Below, piece by piece: positions 1 through 6,954 of a stretch of DNA of 41,982 bases (position 1 is the stretch's first letter; each line of letters begins with the position of its first letter). A program made the position numbers and the translations under genes. Below the pieces are notes generated by a model. It was given only the letters and a program-made list of their open reading frames with translations. It had not been told where the DNA came from and did not search any database. The stretch comes from a virus (taxonomy: Duplodnaviria; Caudoviricetes): positions 1 to 41,982 of the IMG/VR virus record IMGVR_UViG_3300031954_000019; one strand, given 5' to 3'.

Positions 1-18
1 CACTCTTTTTTTAGCCAT
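1..18 (-). CDS. 5' end of a gene running off the left edge (MAKKRV...), product unknown
   Basis: Minus strand reads AAGGAG-tgcgaa-ATG GCT AAA AAA AGA GTG: strong Shine-Dalgarno with normal spacing; open to the window edge. Confidence 0.6.
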
Positions 19-180
19 TTCGCACTCCTTTGGTAGATAGCGATACTGTAGCTCGAAAACAGCTAAAAAACACTGGGGGGCGTGATCGAGAAGGGTCCAA
101 TAGCCCTATGCGTGCGCGACACATGTGCCGGCCGAGCGCGCAACCGATGCCACCGAGGGGAAAATGCTGCACTGCCGCGT

Positions 181-208
181 ACTTCGCATAATACGTATTG
201 TGTTAAAT
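181..208 (+). other. dif-like XerC/XerD recombination site
   Basis: ACTTCGCATAA-TACGTA-TTGTGTTAAAT has the 11-6-11 layout of E. coli dif (GGTGCGCATAA-TGTATA-TTATGTTAAAT); XerD arm matches 10/11. Confidence 0.85.
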
Positions 209-215
209 CGACACG

Positions 216-228
216 CAACTGATTGATT
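216..228 (-). promoter_or_regulatory. IHF consensus site next to the dif-like site
   Basis: Minus strand AATCAA-TCAG-TTG matches WATCAANNNNTTR exactly. Confidence 0.55.
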
Positions 229-469
229 TTATTGAGAATCGGATAGCGCGCGCACCCTGCGGCCCCATGTGGCCCCGCTCGCCCGCGCGCCAGAATGTTG
301 CGGTGCGATTTGCCGTCACAATGCTTTACCACACTGAATTCCTTAGGAAAATTCGGCACCTTTCCCAAAATACATGCGTTTATGATGCACATTCACAGTT
401 GCAGTGCTCTATACGGCTGGGGAGAAGGGAGCCCGCCCTTTTTCGAATGGCCCCGTTCCCGCTTAAGGT

Positions 470-506
470 TACGCACACGTACACGTACACACACACACAC
501 ACATAT
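470..506. repeat. Alternating pyrimidine-purine tract containing a (CA)n microsatellite
   Basis: TACGCACACGTACACGTACACACACACACACACATAT, 37 nt of strict Y/R alternation. Confidence 0.9.
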
Positions 507-599
507 TCATCTACTCTGTGTATTGTGGAGCGGATCAAGGGGTTACACAGACATGCGGACATGCTAGACTTGACACAAGCACACGGTCGGTACTGTATA

Positions 600-702
600 T
601 ATATACAACCGGGTACTATCAAGGACTTACGAGCGTTTTCAGCATTTCTCGGCGCAAAACGGATACTGCGTTTATATACAGCTGGGTACTATCAATAACT
701 TA
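600..702 (+). repeat. 30-bp direct repeat (600-629 and 673-702), each copy ending in an IHF consensus
   Basis: TATATACAACCGGGTACTATCAAGGACTTA vs TATATACAGCTGGGTACTATCAATAACTTA, 26/30 identical. Confidence 0.85.
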
Positions 703-711
703 GGAGCATTT

Positions 712-1104
712 ATGTCAATACGTGTACGGACGTTGAAGGCTTTCGAGACGTCGAGGCGGCAGGTGTACCGGGTGAGGTGGCGCGTGTGTGTGCCGCAAGA
801 GAAGGGCCAGCCGTGGCGAGCGGATACAGATGGGGAGCCTGACCAGCCGCAGACATGGGCGCGGTGCGAGGAGGAGCTGTTCTCGCTGCTGGGGTACGCG
901 ACAGCGGCAGCGGGAGCGGGTTGGCTGTGCGAGCAGGGGGTGCGACCGGCGGGGTGCATAGACCATCTGCCCGCGCGTGTCGTGCTCGCTCGACTGGAGA
1001 GAGAAGGACAGCCGCTGACGGAGTGGGATTTGGGTCGACTGAGGCGGGTAGGTTGCCGTCAGGTGAACGGTCAGTATTGGGAAGGTCGCGGTGGGCTGTA
1101 TTGA
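712..1104 (+). CDS. hypothetical protein
   Basis: 130-aa ORF with AGGAG 5 nt before ATG. Confidence 0.6.
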   Translation: MSIRVRTLKAFETSRRQVYRVRWRVCVPQEKGQPWRADTDGEPDQPQTWARCEEELFSLLGYATAAAGAGWLCEQGVRPAGCIDHLPARVVLARLEREGQPLTEWDLGRLRRVGCRQVNGQYWEGRGGLY

Positions 1105-1223
1105 CACGCTGTCGACAGCTGGCATGGCGTCAAACATCGCATTAGACGCAATAGGAAGCCCGTGGCGCGGCGATAAATCGGGGGGTAGCTAGGGCAGGGG
1201 GCCGTTTTGCGCTGCAGTGCAAC

Positions 1224-1236
1224 AATCAACAGGTTA
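1224..1236 (+). promoter_or_regulatory. IHF consensus site upstream of the early promoter
   Basis: AATCAA-CAGG-TTA matches WATCAANNNNTTR. Confidence 0.5.
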
Positions 1237-1266
1237 GGTCAGTCATTACAATGACGTGTAAATTCC

Positions 1267-1324
1267 GTCGACATTCAGTAAATGTTGACTCGGCGTTGAC
1301 ACGGACTGCGGAGGAGCGTATATA
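1267..1324 (+). promoter_or_regulatory. Probable early promoter with upstream inverted repeat
   Basis: TTGACA at 1296-1301, 17-bp spacer, TATATA at 1319-1324; imperfect inverted repeat GTCGACATT-CAGTA-AATGTTGAC at 1267-1289. Confidence 0.5.
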
Positions 1325-1365
1325 GATAGTGCTGATTGAAACACCACACACGGAGACACGACACC

Positions 1366-1623
1366 ATGAACACTCCCGACTCTCTCAAGTGCAGCCGCTG
1401 CAACGGGCAGCTGGCCGCCGCATTCGCGAATGGCGAAATGACGCGCGGCGAGCTAGCGCACCAGCTGCAGCACACACTGTCGGATCGCGACGTACTGCTG
1501 GCCGCGCTGCTGCGCGTTGTCGGCGATACGGACGGCGAACCCGGTAATGACCTCGCGCTCCACGTATCGCAGACCACAGCTAACGCGGTCCGCGCCGCCA
1601 TCGCCAAGGTCACCGGAGACTAA
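1366..1623 (+). CDS. hypothetical early protein (CxxC near N-terminus)
   Basis: In ORF 1336..1623; ATG 1366 follows the GGAGACAC motif. Confidence 0.7.
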   Translation: MNTPDSLKCSRCNGQLAAAFANGEMTRGELAHQLQHTLSDRDVLLAALLRVVGDTDGEPGNDLALHVSQTTANAVRAAIAKVTGD

Positions 1624-1686
1624 GTGCACAGCACAGGGCCCGTTCGCGGGCCCTGACACGTGCATTTCGCACGATAGGAGACACTC
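1621..1686 (+). promoter_or_regulatory. Intergenic two-state hairpin cassette, copy 1
   Basis: AAGTGCAC/GTGCATTT outer stem, CAGGGCCCG-TTCG-CGGGCCCTG inner stem, alternative CGTGC-ATTTC-GCACG hairpin, then ATAGGAGACAC. Confidence 0.7.
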
Positions 1687-2697
1687 ATGACTGCTAACGT
1701 AACTAACTGCGTACACTCACAGCGCGATGGACTCGGCTGGCATGGTATCGGCGTAGCGATCCCGGCCGAGATTCGCAAAGAGCCTGCGAAGATCGCGGCA
1801 CTCTGCGGCGCGACGTGGACTGTCGTACAGCATCCGATCTACATCCGCCACAACGGCTGCTACCTGAAAATCGGCGACTATGCCGCGCAGGTTCGCTCGG
1901 ACAACATGCGCACGCTGTGCGTATCGTCGAGCAATCGTTACCACACTGACAATCGGCAGCCGGTCGACGTATTCGAAGCTTTCCGTGACGCGCTGGCAGC
2001 TGACCAGCTTGAGATCAGTCACGCGGCGATTCATCGCGGCGGTGATTTGATTTCAGTCTGCGCCACGCTGCCGGAAACGGCCGAGGTGGCCGGGGATGAG
2101 ATCCGCCGGTTCGTAACGCTGGCGACCGGGTACGACAAGGCTAACGGGACCAAAGCGCTGGATACGACCATTCGCGTTGTGTGTGATAACACGTACGCGG
2201 CGGCCATGGCTGAAGCTGGCGCGACCGGTCACTACAAGTCGGTGCGGGCCAGCACGAAGATCGTCGACAAGTCCACACTGGTCCACATGATCGAGTCGGC
2301 GCGTCAGGGCGGGCTGCGGACGATTGAGAAGTTCAACCAGCTCGCGAATCTGAAGCTGACGAACGAACAGGTCACGCGGATCTTCGCGGACGTGCTGGAA
2401 ATTGACGTCTCCAAGCTAGGCCAGAAGGATCGCCAAGGAAACAAACTGATCAGCACGCGCGCCGAGAACGCGCTGAAGGCTTTAGCGGACTCCTACCGCA
2501 GTGCACCGGGTGCAGTGCAGGGGAATGCTTGGGGCGCGTTCAACGCGGTGACTCACTACGCCACGCACGTCAAGACGTGCCGCGATACCTCCGGCGACGG
2601 TGCGGACGTCGCACGTCTCACCAGCAACCTCTTTGGCGACGCGCAGGCGATGAAGGCGCGCGCTATGGCGCTGCTGATGGAGAAGGTCGCAGCCTAA
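1687..2697 (+). CDS. DUF932 family phage/plasmid protein (TIGR03299-like)
   Basis: N-terminal WHGIG, TTIRVVCDNT and C-terminal GNAWGAFNAVTHY motifs typical of DUF932. Confidence 0.85.
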   Translation: MTANVTNCVHSQRDGLGWHGIGVAIPAEIRKEPAKIAALCGATWTVVQHPIYIRHNGCYLKIGDYAAQVRSDNMRTLCVSSSNRYHTDNRQPVDVFEAFRDALAADQLEISHAAIHRGGDLISVCATLPETAEVAGDEIRRFVTLATGYDKANGTKALDTTIRVVCDNTYAAAMAEAGATGHYKSVRASTKIVDKSTLVHMIESARQGGLRTIEKFNQLANLKLTNEQVTRIFADVLEIDVSKLGQKDRQGNKLISTRAENALKALADSYRSAPGAVQGNAWGAFNAVTHYATHVKTCRDTSGDGADVARLTSNLFGDAQAMKARAMALLMEKVAA

Positions 2698-2766
2698 GGT
2701 GCGAGCGGTTGGGGGTGCACGGACGCGCCCCTAGCTCGCGCGCATCTCGCGCGATAGGAGACACAC
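2695..2766 (+). promoter_or_regulatory. Intergenic two-state hairpin cassette, copy 2
   Basis: AGGTGCG/CGCATCT outer stem, GTTGGGGGTGC/GCGCCCCTAGC inner stem with three G-U pairs, alternative TCGCGCG-CATCT-CGCGCGA hairpin, then TAGGAGACAC. Confidence 0.7.
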
Positions 2767-2982
2767 ATGAGTATTCAATTCGGTATTGACGTGAATATCA
2801 GCACGCTGAAGTTTGACCCAGTAAATGGCCGGCGTACGTGCTACGCCACGCTCACACTCGGCCGCCGCAAGTTCTGGGTCATGCGTTGGGATTCTGAGCG
2901 CACGCGCGACTACAAACACCGCTTTGCGTTCTCTCGCGACGGTCTGATGTCATGGAGTTGGGGGGTGCACAATCATGCGTAA
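2767..2982 (+). CDS. hypothetical early protein
   Basis: 71-aa ORF behind GGAGACAC motif. Confidence 0.7.
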   Translation: MSIQFGIDVNISTLKFDPVNGRRTCYATLTLGRRKFWVMRWDSERTRDYKHRFAFSRDGLMSWSWGVHNHA

Positions 2983-3433
2983 ACCTAATCACGCACCGAT
3001 TGTGCCGCTGGCGAGCGCTGGCCGGTTCTTCGTTCTCATGCCTGATAGCGTTCAGGTCCATCTCATCGACAACTGTGCGCTATCGCATTACTGGGAAGGA
3101 CTGCGCATCGCGGAGGAGCGTGCACGGGATCCCGCACAGGCCGCCGCACAGGTCCGTGCGTCCGTGTTCAGGGTGCAGGGCTCGCTCGCCGCACTGCCGG
3201 CGCCCGACATGCGCGCGTTGGTCTGGTACATGGATAGCTACACGGGCCCGCAGCAGCTTGCGATACGCGCCACGGCGGCGGCGCTGCTGCTAGGACGGCC
3301 GATCGGTGGCGACGCGGGGGACAGTGGCGGGGGTACGAAGATCCCGGCGCCTAAGCCGTCTCCGCGCGCCCCGCGAGGTGACGGCGCGACCTTCGACGAG
3401 CTAGTGGCGCGCGTTGGGGGTGCGCAGGTCTGA
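2975..3433 (+). CDS. hypothetical early protein, Pro/Gly-rich C-terminus
   Basis: 152-aa ORF overlapping the previous stop; GGGGGTG upstream; stop sits at base of hairpin copy 3. Confidence 0.7.
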   Translation: MRKPNHAPIVPLASAGRFFVLMPDSVQVHLIDNCALSHYWEGLRIAEERARDPAQAAAQVRASVFRVQGSLAALPAPDMRALVWYMDSYTGPQQLAIRATAAALLLGRPIGGDAGDSGGGTKIPAPKPSPRAPRGDGATFDELVARVGGAQV

Positions 3434-3499
3434 GTGCACAGCGGACGGGGCCGCATGGCCCCGTACCAGTGTGCAATCGGCACACGATAGGAGACACAC
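3431..3499 (+). promoter_or_regulatory. Intergenic two-state hairpin cassette, copy 3
   Basis: TGCACA/TGTGCA outer stem, ACGGGGCC-GCAT-GGCCCCGT inner stem, alternative GTGTGC-AATCG-GCACAC hairpin, then GATAGGAGACAC. Confidence 0.7.
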
Positions 3500-3685
3500 A
3501 TGAGTAAATCATTTTGGAAACGTGTCGATACGGAACGGCTTGCGGAACGGGATAGCCTACGCGACGCACTGCGCGCGCTGGTAGAGCGCTGTGATGGACC
3601 TGAAGGTGTACGCGCCGACGGATCTAACATCGATACGCTGGCCGCGCACGTCGCGTTGGGAGACTTCGCGTCATGCGAAAACTAA
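3500..3685 (+). CDS. hypothetical early protein
   Basis: 61-aa ORF behind GGAGACAC motif. Confidence 0.7.
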   Translation: MSKSFWKRVDTERLAERDSLRDALRALVERCDGPEGVRADGSNIDTLAAHVALGDFASCEN

Positions 3686-3763
3686 TTGCGCGACTGTTAA
3701 AACGCTGGCGCCCGTTACGCGGGAGTCATGAGTCTCAATTTCTCAACTGGCGTAGGAGACACC

Positions 3764-3961
3764 ATGGCACACACTGACAGTCTGCTGTGCTGCGAAGCTT
3801 GCGAATTGAGTGCAGAGGAGTACGTACGCGCTGGTCACGACCGGCCGACTGCACGCAGGTACGCCGAGCTAGAGCACTACTCCATCCCCCACGGTGGGGA
3901 ATGGCCGAGTTACGAAGCGATGCAATCGTATGACCCATTTTATGGAGACACACATGAGTGA
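3764..3961 (+). CDS. hypothetical early protein (CCEAC motif)
   Basis: In ORF 3728..3961; ATG 3764 follows TAGGAGACAC. Confidence 0.65.
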   Translation: MAHTDSLLCCEACELSAEEYVRAGHDRPTARRYAELEHYSIPHGGEWPSYEAMQSYDPFYGDTHE

Positions 3962-4184
3962 CATCAATCCAAACTGTGACGGTGGACACTGCCGCGACCC
4001 AAAGGGAGAGGTCCGCGTGTACCCGTTAGGCAGCGGTGGGAATTTAATCCTGTGCCGCGCATGTTGGGAGCATGAGAACGAGTTCAACCGGTATCAGCAA
4101 AACAAGCATTTTGCTGCGCGTGAGCTATGGCCAACGCGCGACTGGGAGACTGCCAAGCATTACCCAGAGGAGACACAATCGTGA
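3954..4184 (+). CDS. hypothetical Cys-containing early protein
   Basis: In ORF 3894..4184; ATG 3954 follows GGAGACAC; CDGGHC and CRAC suggest Zn binding. Confidence 0.7.
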   Translation: MSDINPNCDGGHCRDPKGEVRVYPLGSGGNLILCRACWEHENEFNRYQQNKHFAARELWPTRDWETAKHYPEETQS

Positions 4185-4399
4185 ACTACTTAGGACTGAA
4201 ACCCCCAACGTATGCGAACCAGTTGAAATCCGCGCGGGAACTGCTCGCGCGAGATGGACCCAACGCACTGTGGAGTCCGCATGCGGCCACGGGCAGGATC
4301 TGCGGCTGCGGTGCATGCTTCTGCTGTGCGGCGCTGGAGGTCTGGAAGGAACACCGTGACCAGTTCCTTAGCCACGAGGAGCACACGCGTCGTGTTTAA
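4181..4399 (+). CDS. hypothetical Cys-rich early protein
   Basis: GTG 4181 (GTGA overlap) after AGGAGACAC; CGCGACFCC cluster. Confidence 0.65.
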   Translation: MNYLGLKPPTYANQLKSARELLARDGPNALWSPHAATGRICGCGACFCCAALEVWKEHRDQFLSHEEHTRRV

Positions 4400-4499
4400 C
4401 TGGTGGGCATCGTTGACATGGTCGCAAGCCAGCGCGCTAGCCATGGCGTTATTTGGTATTGCGTTGTTATTTCTCTCTGCTTGGGAGACGCGGAAGTGA
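4392..4499 (+). CDS. possible 35-aa single-pass membrane peptide
   Basis: GTG 4392 after GAGGAG; MFNWWASLTWSQASALAMALFGIALLFLSAWETRK; its TGA overlaps GTG 4496. Confidence 0.45.
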   Translation: MFNWWASLTWSQASALAMALFGIALLFLSAWETRK

Positions 4500-4981
4500 A
4501 CACATTTCAATACACTCTGACACTTGATGCATTCACAGCTGGCGGGGAGCAATTCCCCGCCGACTCCCTTACGTTTACCACCAATGGTCTAGGACAGACA
4601 CCGGACCTAGCGGGCCTGAGTCTCTACAGCCAGCCGCTAGGGTTTGCACAGAACGTCGGCAACGGGATGTATATGGAAATTTATTCGGCCGAGGCTAGCG
4701 TGCTCTACCCGCCGCCGCTCACTGCGCCGGAGTTTCTATCCGTAGAGAGCATTCTCTTGCCGACAGACTTCCCGGTTGGTGAGTCGGTAGAGACAACGCA
4801 CGGTAATAACTATTTTCTGCTTTTCCGGACTGGGCGCCTTGAATACTTCACGGCATACGATACTGGCACCGCTACGGTACACGCGACCGTGCCGGAGCCT
4901 GCGGTATTCGGCCTGCTAGTAGTAGCGCTAGCGCTGGGAGCGCTGGTCGCCCGGTTCAGGCGACATGCGATGCAGGAATAA
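4403..4981 (+). CDS. PEP-CTERM sorting-domain protein (start uncertain: 4403, 4418 or 4496)
   Basis: C-terminus VPEPAVFGLLVVALALGALVARFRR = VPEP, transmembrane helix, basic cluster. Confidence 0.8.
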   Translation: MGIVDMVASQRASHGVIWYCVVISLCLGDAEVNTFQYTLTLDAFTAGGEQFPADSLTFTTNGLGQTPDLAGLSLYSQPLGFAQNVGNGMYMEIYSAEASVLYPPPLTAPEFLSVESILLPTDFPVGESVETTHGNNYFLLFRTGRLEYFTAYDTGTATVHATVPEPAVFGLLVVALALGALVARFRRHAMQE

Positions 4982-5007
4982 GCGAAGCTTCCAATTGAGT
5001 GCCACGT

Positions 5008-5035
5008 GGCCCGCCTTTAGCGCGGGCCTTTTTTT
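5008..5035 (+). terminator. Rho-independent terminator closing the early operon
   Basis: GGCCCGC-CTTTAGC-GCGGGCC followed by T7. Confidence 0.85.
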
Positions 5036-6944
5036 ATTCTGTCTTGTTTGGATTCCGCCAGCCCTTGCTGCGTATGTCGTAGAGCCAGCCAAGTTTGCGC
5101 ATGGAGTTATGAATCCGTTCCTGAGTGTGCCGGTCCCACGCGCGCGTGTCTTCCAACTGCACGCCATCGCGGAGTAGCTCTTTCATCGTGACCTCTTTGG
5201 CGGCGGTCCTGATGAGATACGAACTAATCAAGTCCTCATAGACGTCGTGATCCTGAGACTGGCTCTGACGCGCGCGAGCTTCATCCATGGGGACGTTCCA
5301 CCATTCCTCTCGCGCGCGATACCGGTGCAGGGCCTCGGCAAACAGCTGTGCGCGGTTCTCGCGTATCCATTGCAAATCAATCTTGCCGCAGACGATCGGC
5401 CACCAGCGCGTGCCGCCGGCATCGTCGGTATTCCACCTCGGCCGATCTATCGTGCCGGCGAACACACACTGCCGCTTGTGACTGGCAGCGCTGCGTTCAT
5501 AAGACGCGCGATAGAGATCCTCGCGGCGCGTGACGATCGACTTCACGATTTCAATTGCGCGTCCCTTGATATTCGCCATTTCACCGAGTTCTAGACACCA
5601 TTTCCCGCGCATGTTCTGCAGGAAGTCCTTTTCGCCAAACATCGCGGACGGGTTATCGAACCAGTGCAGGCCAAATAGCTCGCGCAGCGCGCTGGTCTTA
5701 CCGGAGCGTCCGACGCCTTCGAATACCGGCACATAATCAACTTGGCAACCGGGATCCATGACGCGCGCCACGGCGGCCACGAGAAAGCAGCGCCCGACGG
5801 CAGACGTATAGGGCGAAGCTTCCGTTCCCCAGCCACGGTGAAGCATGACCACGAGTCGGGGCGTACCGTCCCACTCAAGGGTGTTCAGCCAATCACGCAC
5901 CTCATGGCGCGTATCGCTGGAAGCCGCTACCTGTACGGCTTCGTATACCGTGGCAGAGCGGACGCTCGAAAACCCCAGCGACCCCTGCAGAAGTGAACAC
6001 AGCTTGGAGCTATCCAAATCACGCCATTCCCGCCCGACGTCGCTGGAAGCTCCTTCCATGGTCATAACCTTGTCGTGGAAAGCGTCGTACCAGACTTTGC
6101 CGTGATCGCCCTTCCATGCCTCGATGGTCTTTTGAATGTTGTACAGATTGGAATAGGGGGTGCCATTCGGTGCATAGGTGAGATTCGGGATCCGCTGCCA
6201 TGCCGCACGGAAGGACAGGATTTGCGGGGTGGGCTGCGCTTGCGTCGGCGGCTGTACTGGCGGCTGGGCTACTGCTGCAGCTGACCCGCTCTTTCCGCGC
6301 GCCGGCCGGATCGGTACGACTTGGGCGGCGATATCCCGCCGGTTCTCGCGTACGAATGCCTCGATTTGCTCCCACGTCCAGCCGGCTTCGACGATATGCA
6401 GGAATGACCAGTTCGCCGGCTTATCTTGGGGTAATTGAATTAGCGACACCTTGGCCCCACCGTCGCGTAGCTCCCGGCCGAGCGTATGGTGGGCCTGTAC
6501 CGAGTCGGCGTGATTGGACGGCCAGAGGACCACGGTGCGCTCGTACAGGGCGCCCCATGACCCCATGTCGAATTTGCTGGGCCCGCCGGGGGTCGTCGTC
6601 GCTATAACTTCAGCGTCACCGGATGCCTTATGGAACGCATCGACCATGTCCTCTCTATCGAAGACAAATACAGTCCATGTCGGGTGAGCGTCGAAGTTGT
6701 GGGGGAGGTAGAGCGGCCGGGGATGGTCAGGCAGCGAAGCTTGAATATACCTGCCAGTGGCGGCATCCCAGACCCACGTCAGGTAGTGCCGGTGCTCGTC
6801 CGAGCCGATCGTCGCGTCGGCTTTGACCAAATATGCGCATACAACGGGCCCGTCTGCATAAATCGCGGTATGTATGGGGTGGCCCCATTCGGGCAGTGCC
6901 CCATGGAAACGGGCGCCGGGAGGCGGCAGTGCGACCCCGAGCAT
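5034..6944 (-). CDS. VapE (virulence-associated E)-like P-loop helicase with N-terminal degenerate TOPRIM domain
   Basis: HEVRDWLNTLEWDGTPRL, AVARVMDPGCQVD, Walker A GVGRSGKT, LELGEM, YRASYER, RQCVFAGT, GTRWWP, RAQLFAEA. Confidence 0.85.
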   Translation of the reverse strand: MLGVALPPPGARFHGALPEWGHPIHTAIYADGPVVCAYLVKADATIGSDEHRHYLTWVWDAATGRYIQASLPDHPRPLYLPHNFDAHPTWTVFVFDREDMVDAFHKASGDAEVIATTTPGGPSKFDMGSWGALYERTVVLWPSNHADSVQAHHTLGRELRDGGAKVSLIQLPQDKPANWSFLHIVEAGWTWEQIEAFVRENRRDIAAQVVPIRPARGKSGSAAAVAQPPVQPPTQAQPTPQILSFRAAWQRIPNLTYAPNGTPYSNLYNIQKTIEAWKGDHGKVWYDAFHDKVMTMEGASSDVGREWRDLDSSKLCSLLQGSLGFSSVRSATVYEAVQVAASSDTRHEVRDWLNTLEWDGTPRLVVMLHRGWGTEASPYTSAVGRCFLVAAVARVMDPGCQVDYVPVFEGVGRSGKTSALRELFGLHWFDNPSAMFGEKDFLQNMRGKWCLELGEMANIKGRAIEIVKSIVTRREDLYRASYERSAASHKRQCVFAGTIDRPRWNTDDAGGTRWWPIVCGKIDLQWIRENRAQLFAEALHRYRAREEWWNVPMDEARARQSQSQDHDVYEDLISSYLIRTAAKEVTMKELLRDGVQLEDTRAWDRHTQERIHNSMRKLGWLYDIRSKGWRNPNKTE

Positions 6945-6954
6945 CGGCAGGGGC

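Noticed and set aside
570-600. Promoter from TTGACA at 570-575
   Set aside because: Best -10 (TACTGT) is only 15 bp away; not supportable without TSS data
63-703. ORFs 63..392, 267..698, 295..567, 380..622 and 518..703
   Set aside because: No RBS or recognisable motifs; they translate the microsatellite and overlie dif, IHF and repeat elements
1101-1160. Possible fourth hairpin cassette (TTGAC/GTCAA around palindrome GCTGTCGACAGC, then GACGC-AATAGGA)
   Set aside because: Outer stem is weak, the alternative loop is 13 nt rather than 5, and no GGAGACAC or convincing ORF follows
1621-3499. Intergenic hairpins as integron attC sites, terminators or N4-type hairpin promoters
   Set aside because: No RYYYAAC/GTTRRRY ends and no integron integrase; no U-tracts; no 3-nt-loop hairpins and no virion RNA polymerase gene
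3683-3763. Possible degenerate hairpin cassette before ATG 3764
   Set aside because: Only short stems (AATTG/CAATT, GACT/AGTC) and no alternative 5-nt-loop hairpin
1352-4176. GGAGACAC repeats as a CRISPR array
   Set aside because: Conserved core is only 8-17 nt, spacing is irregular and the intervals are full genes; no cas genes
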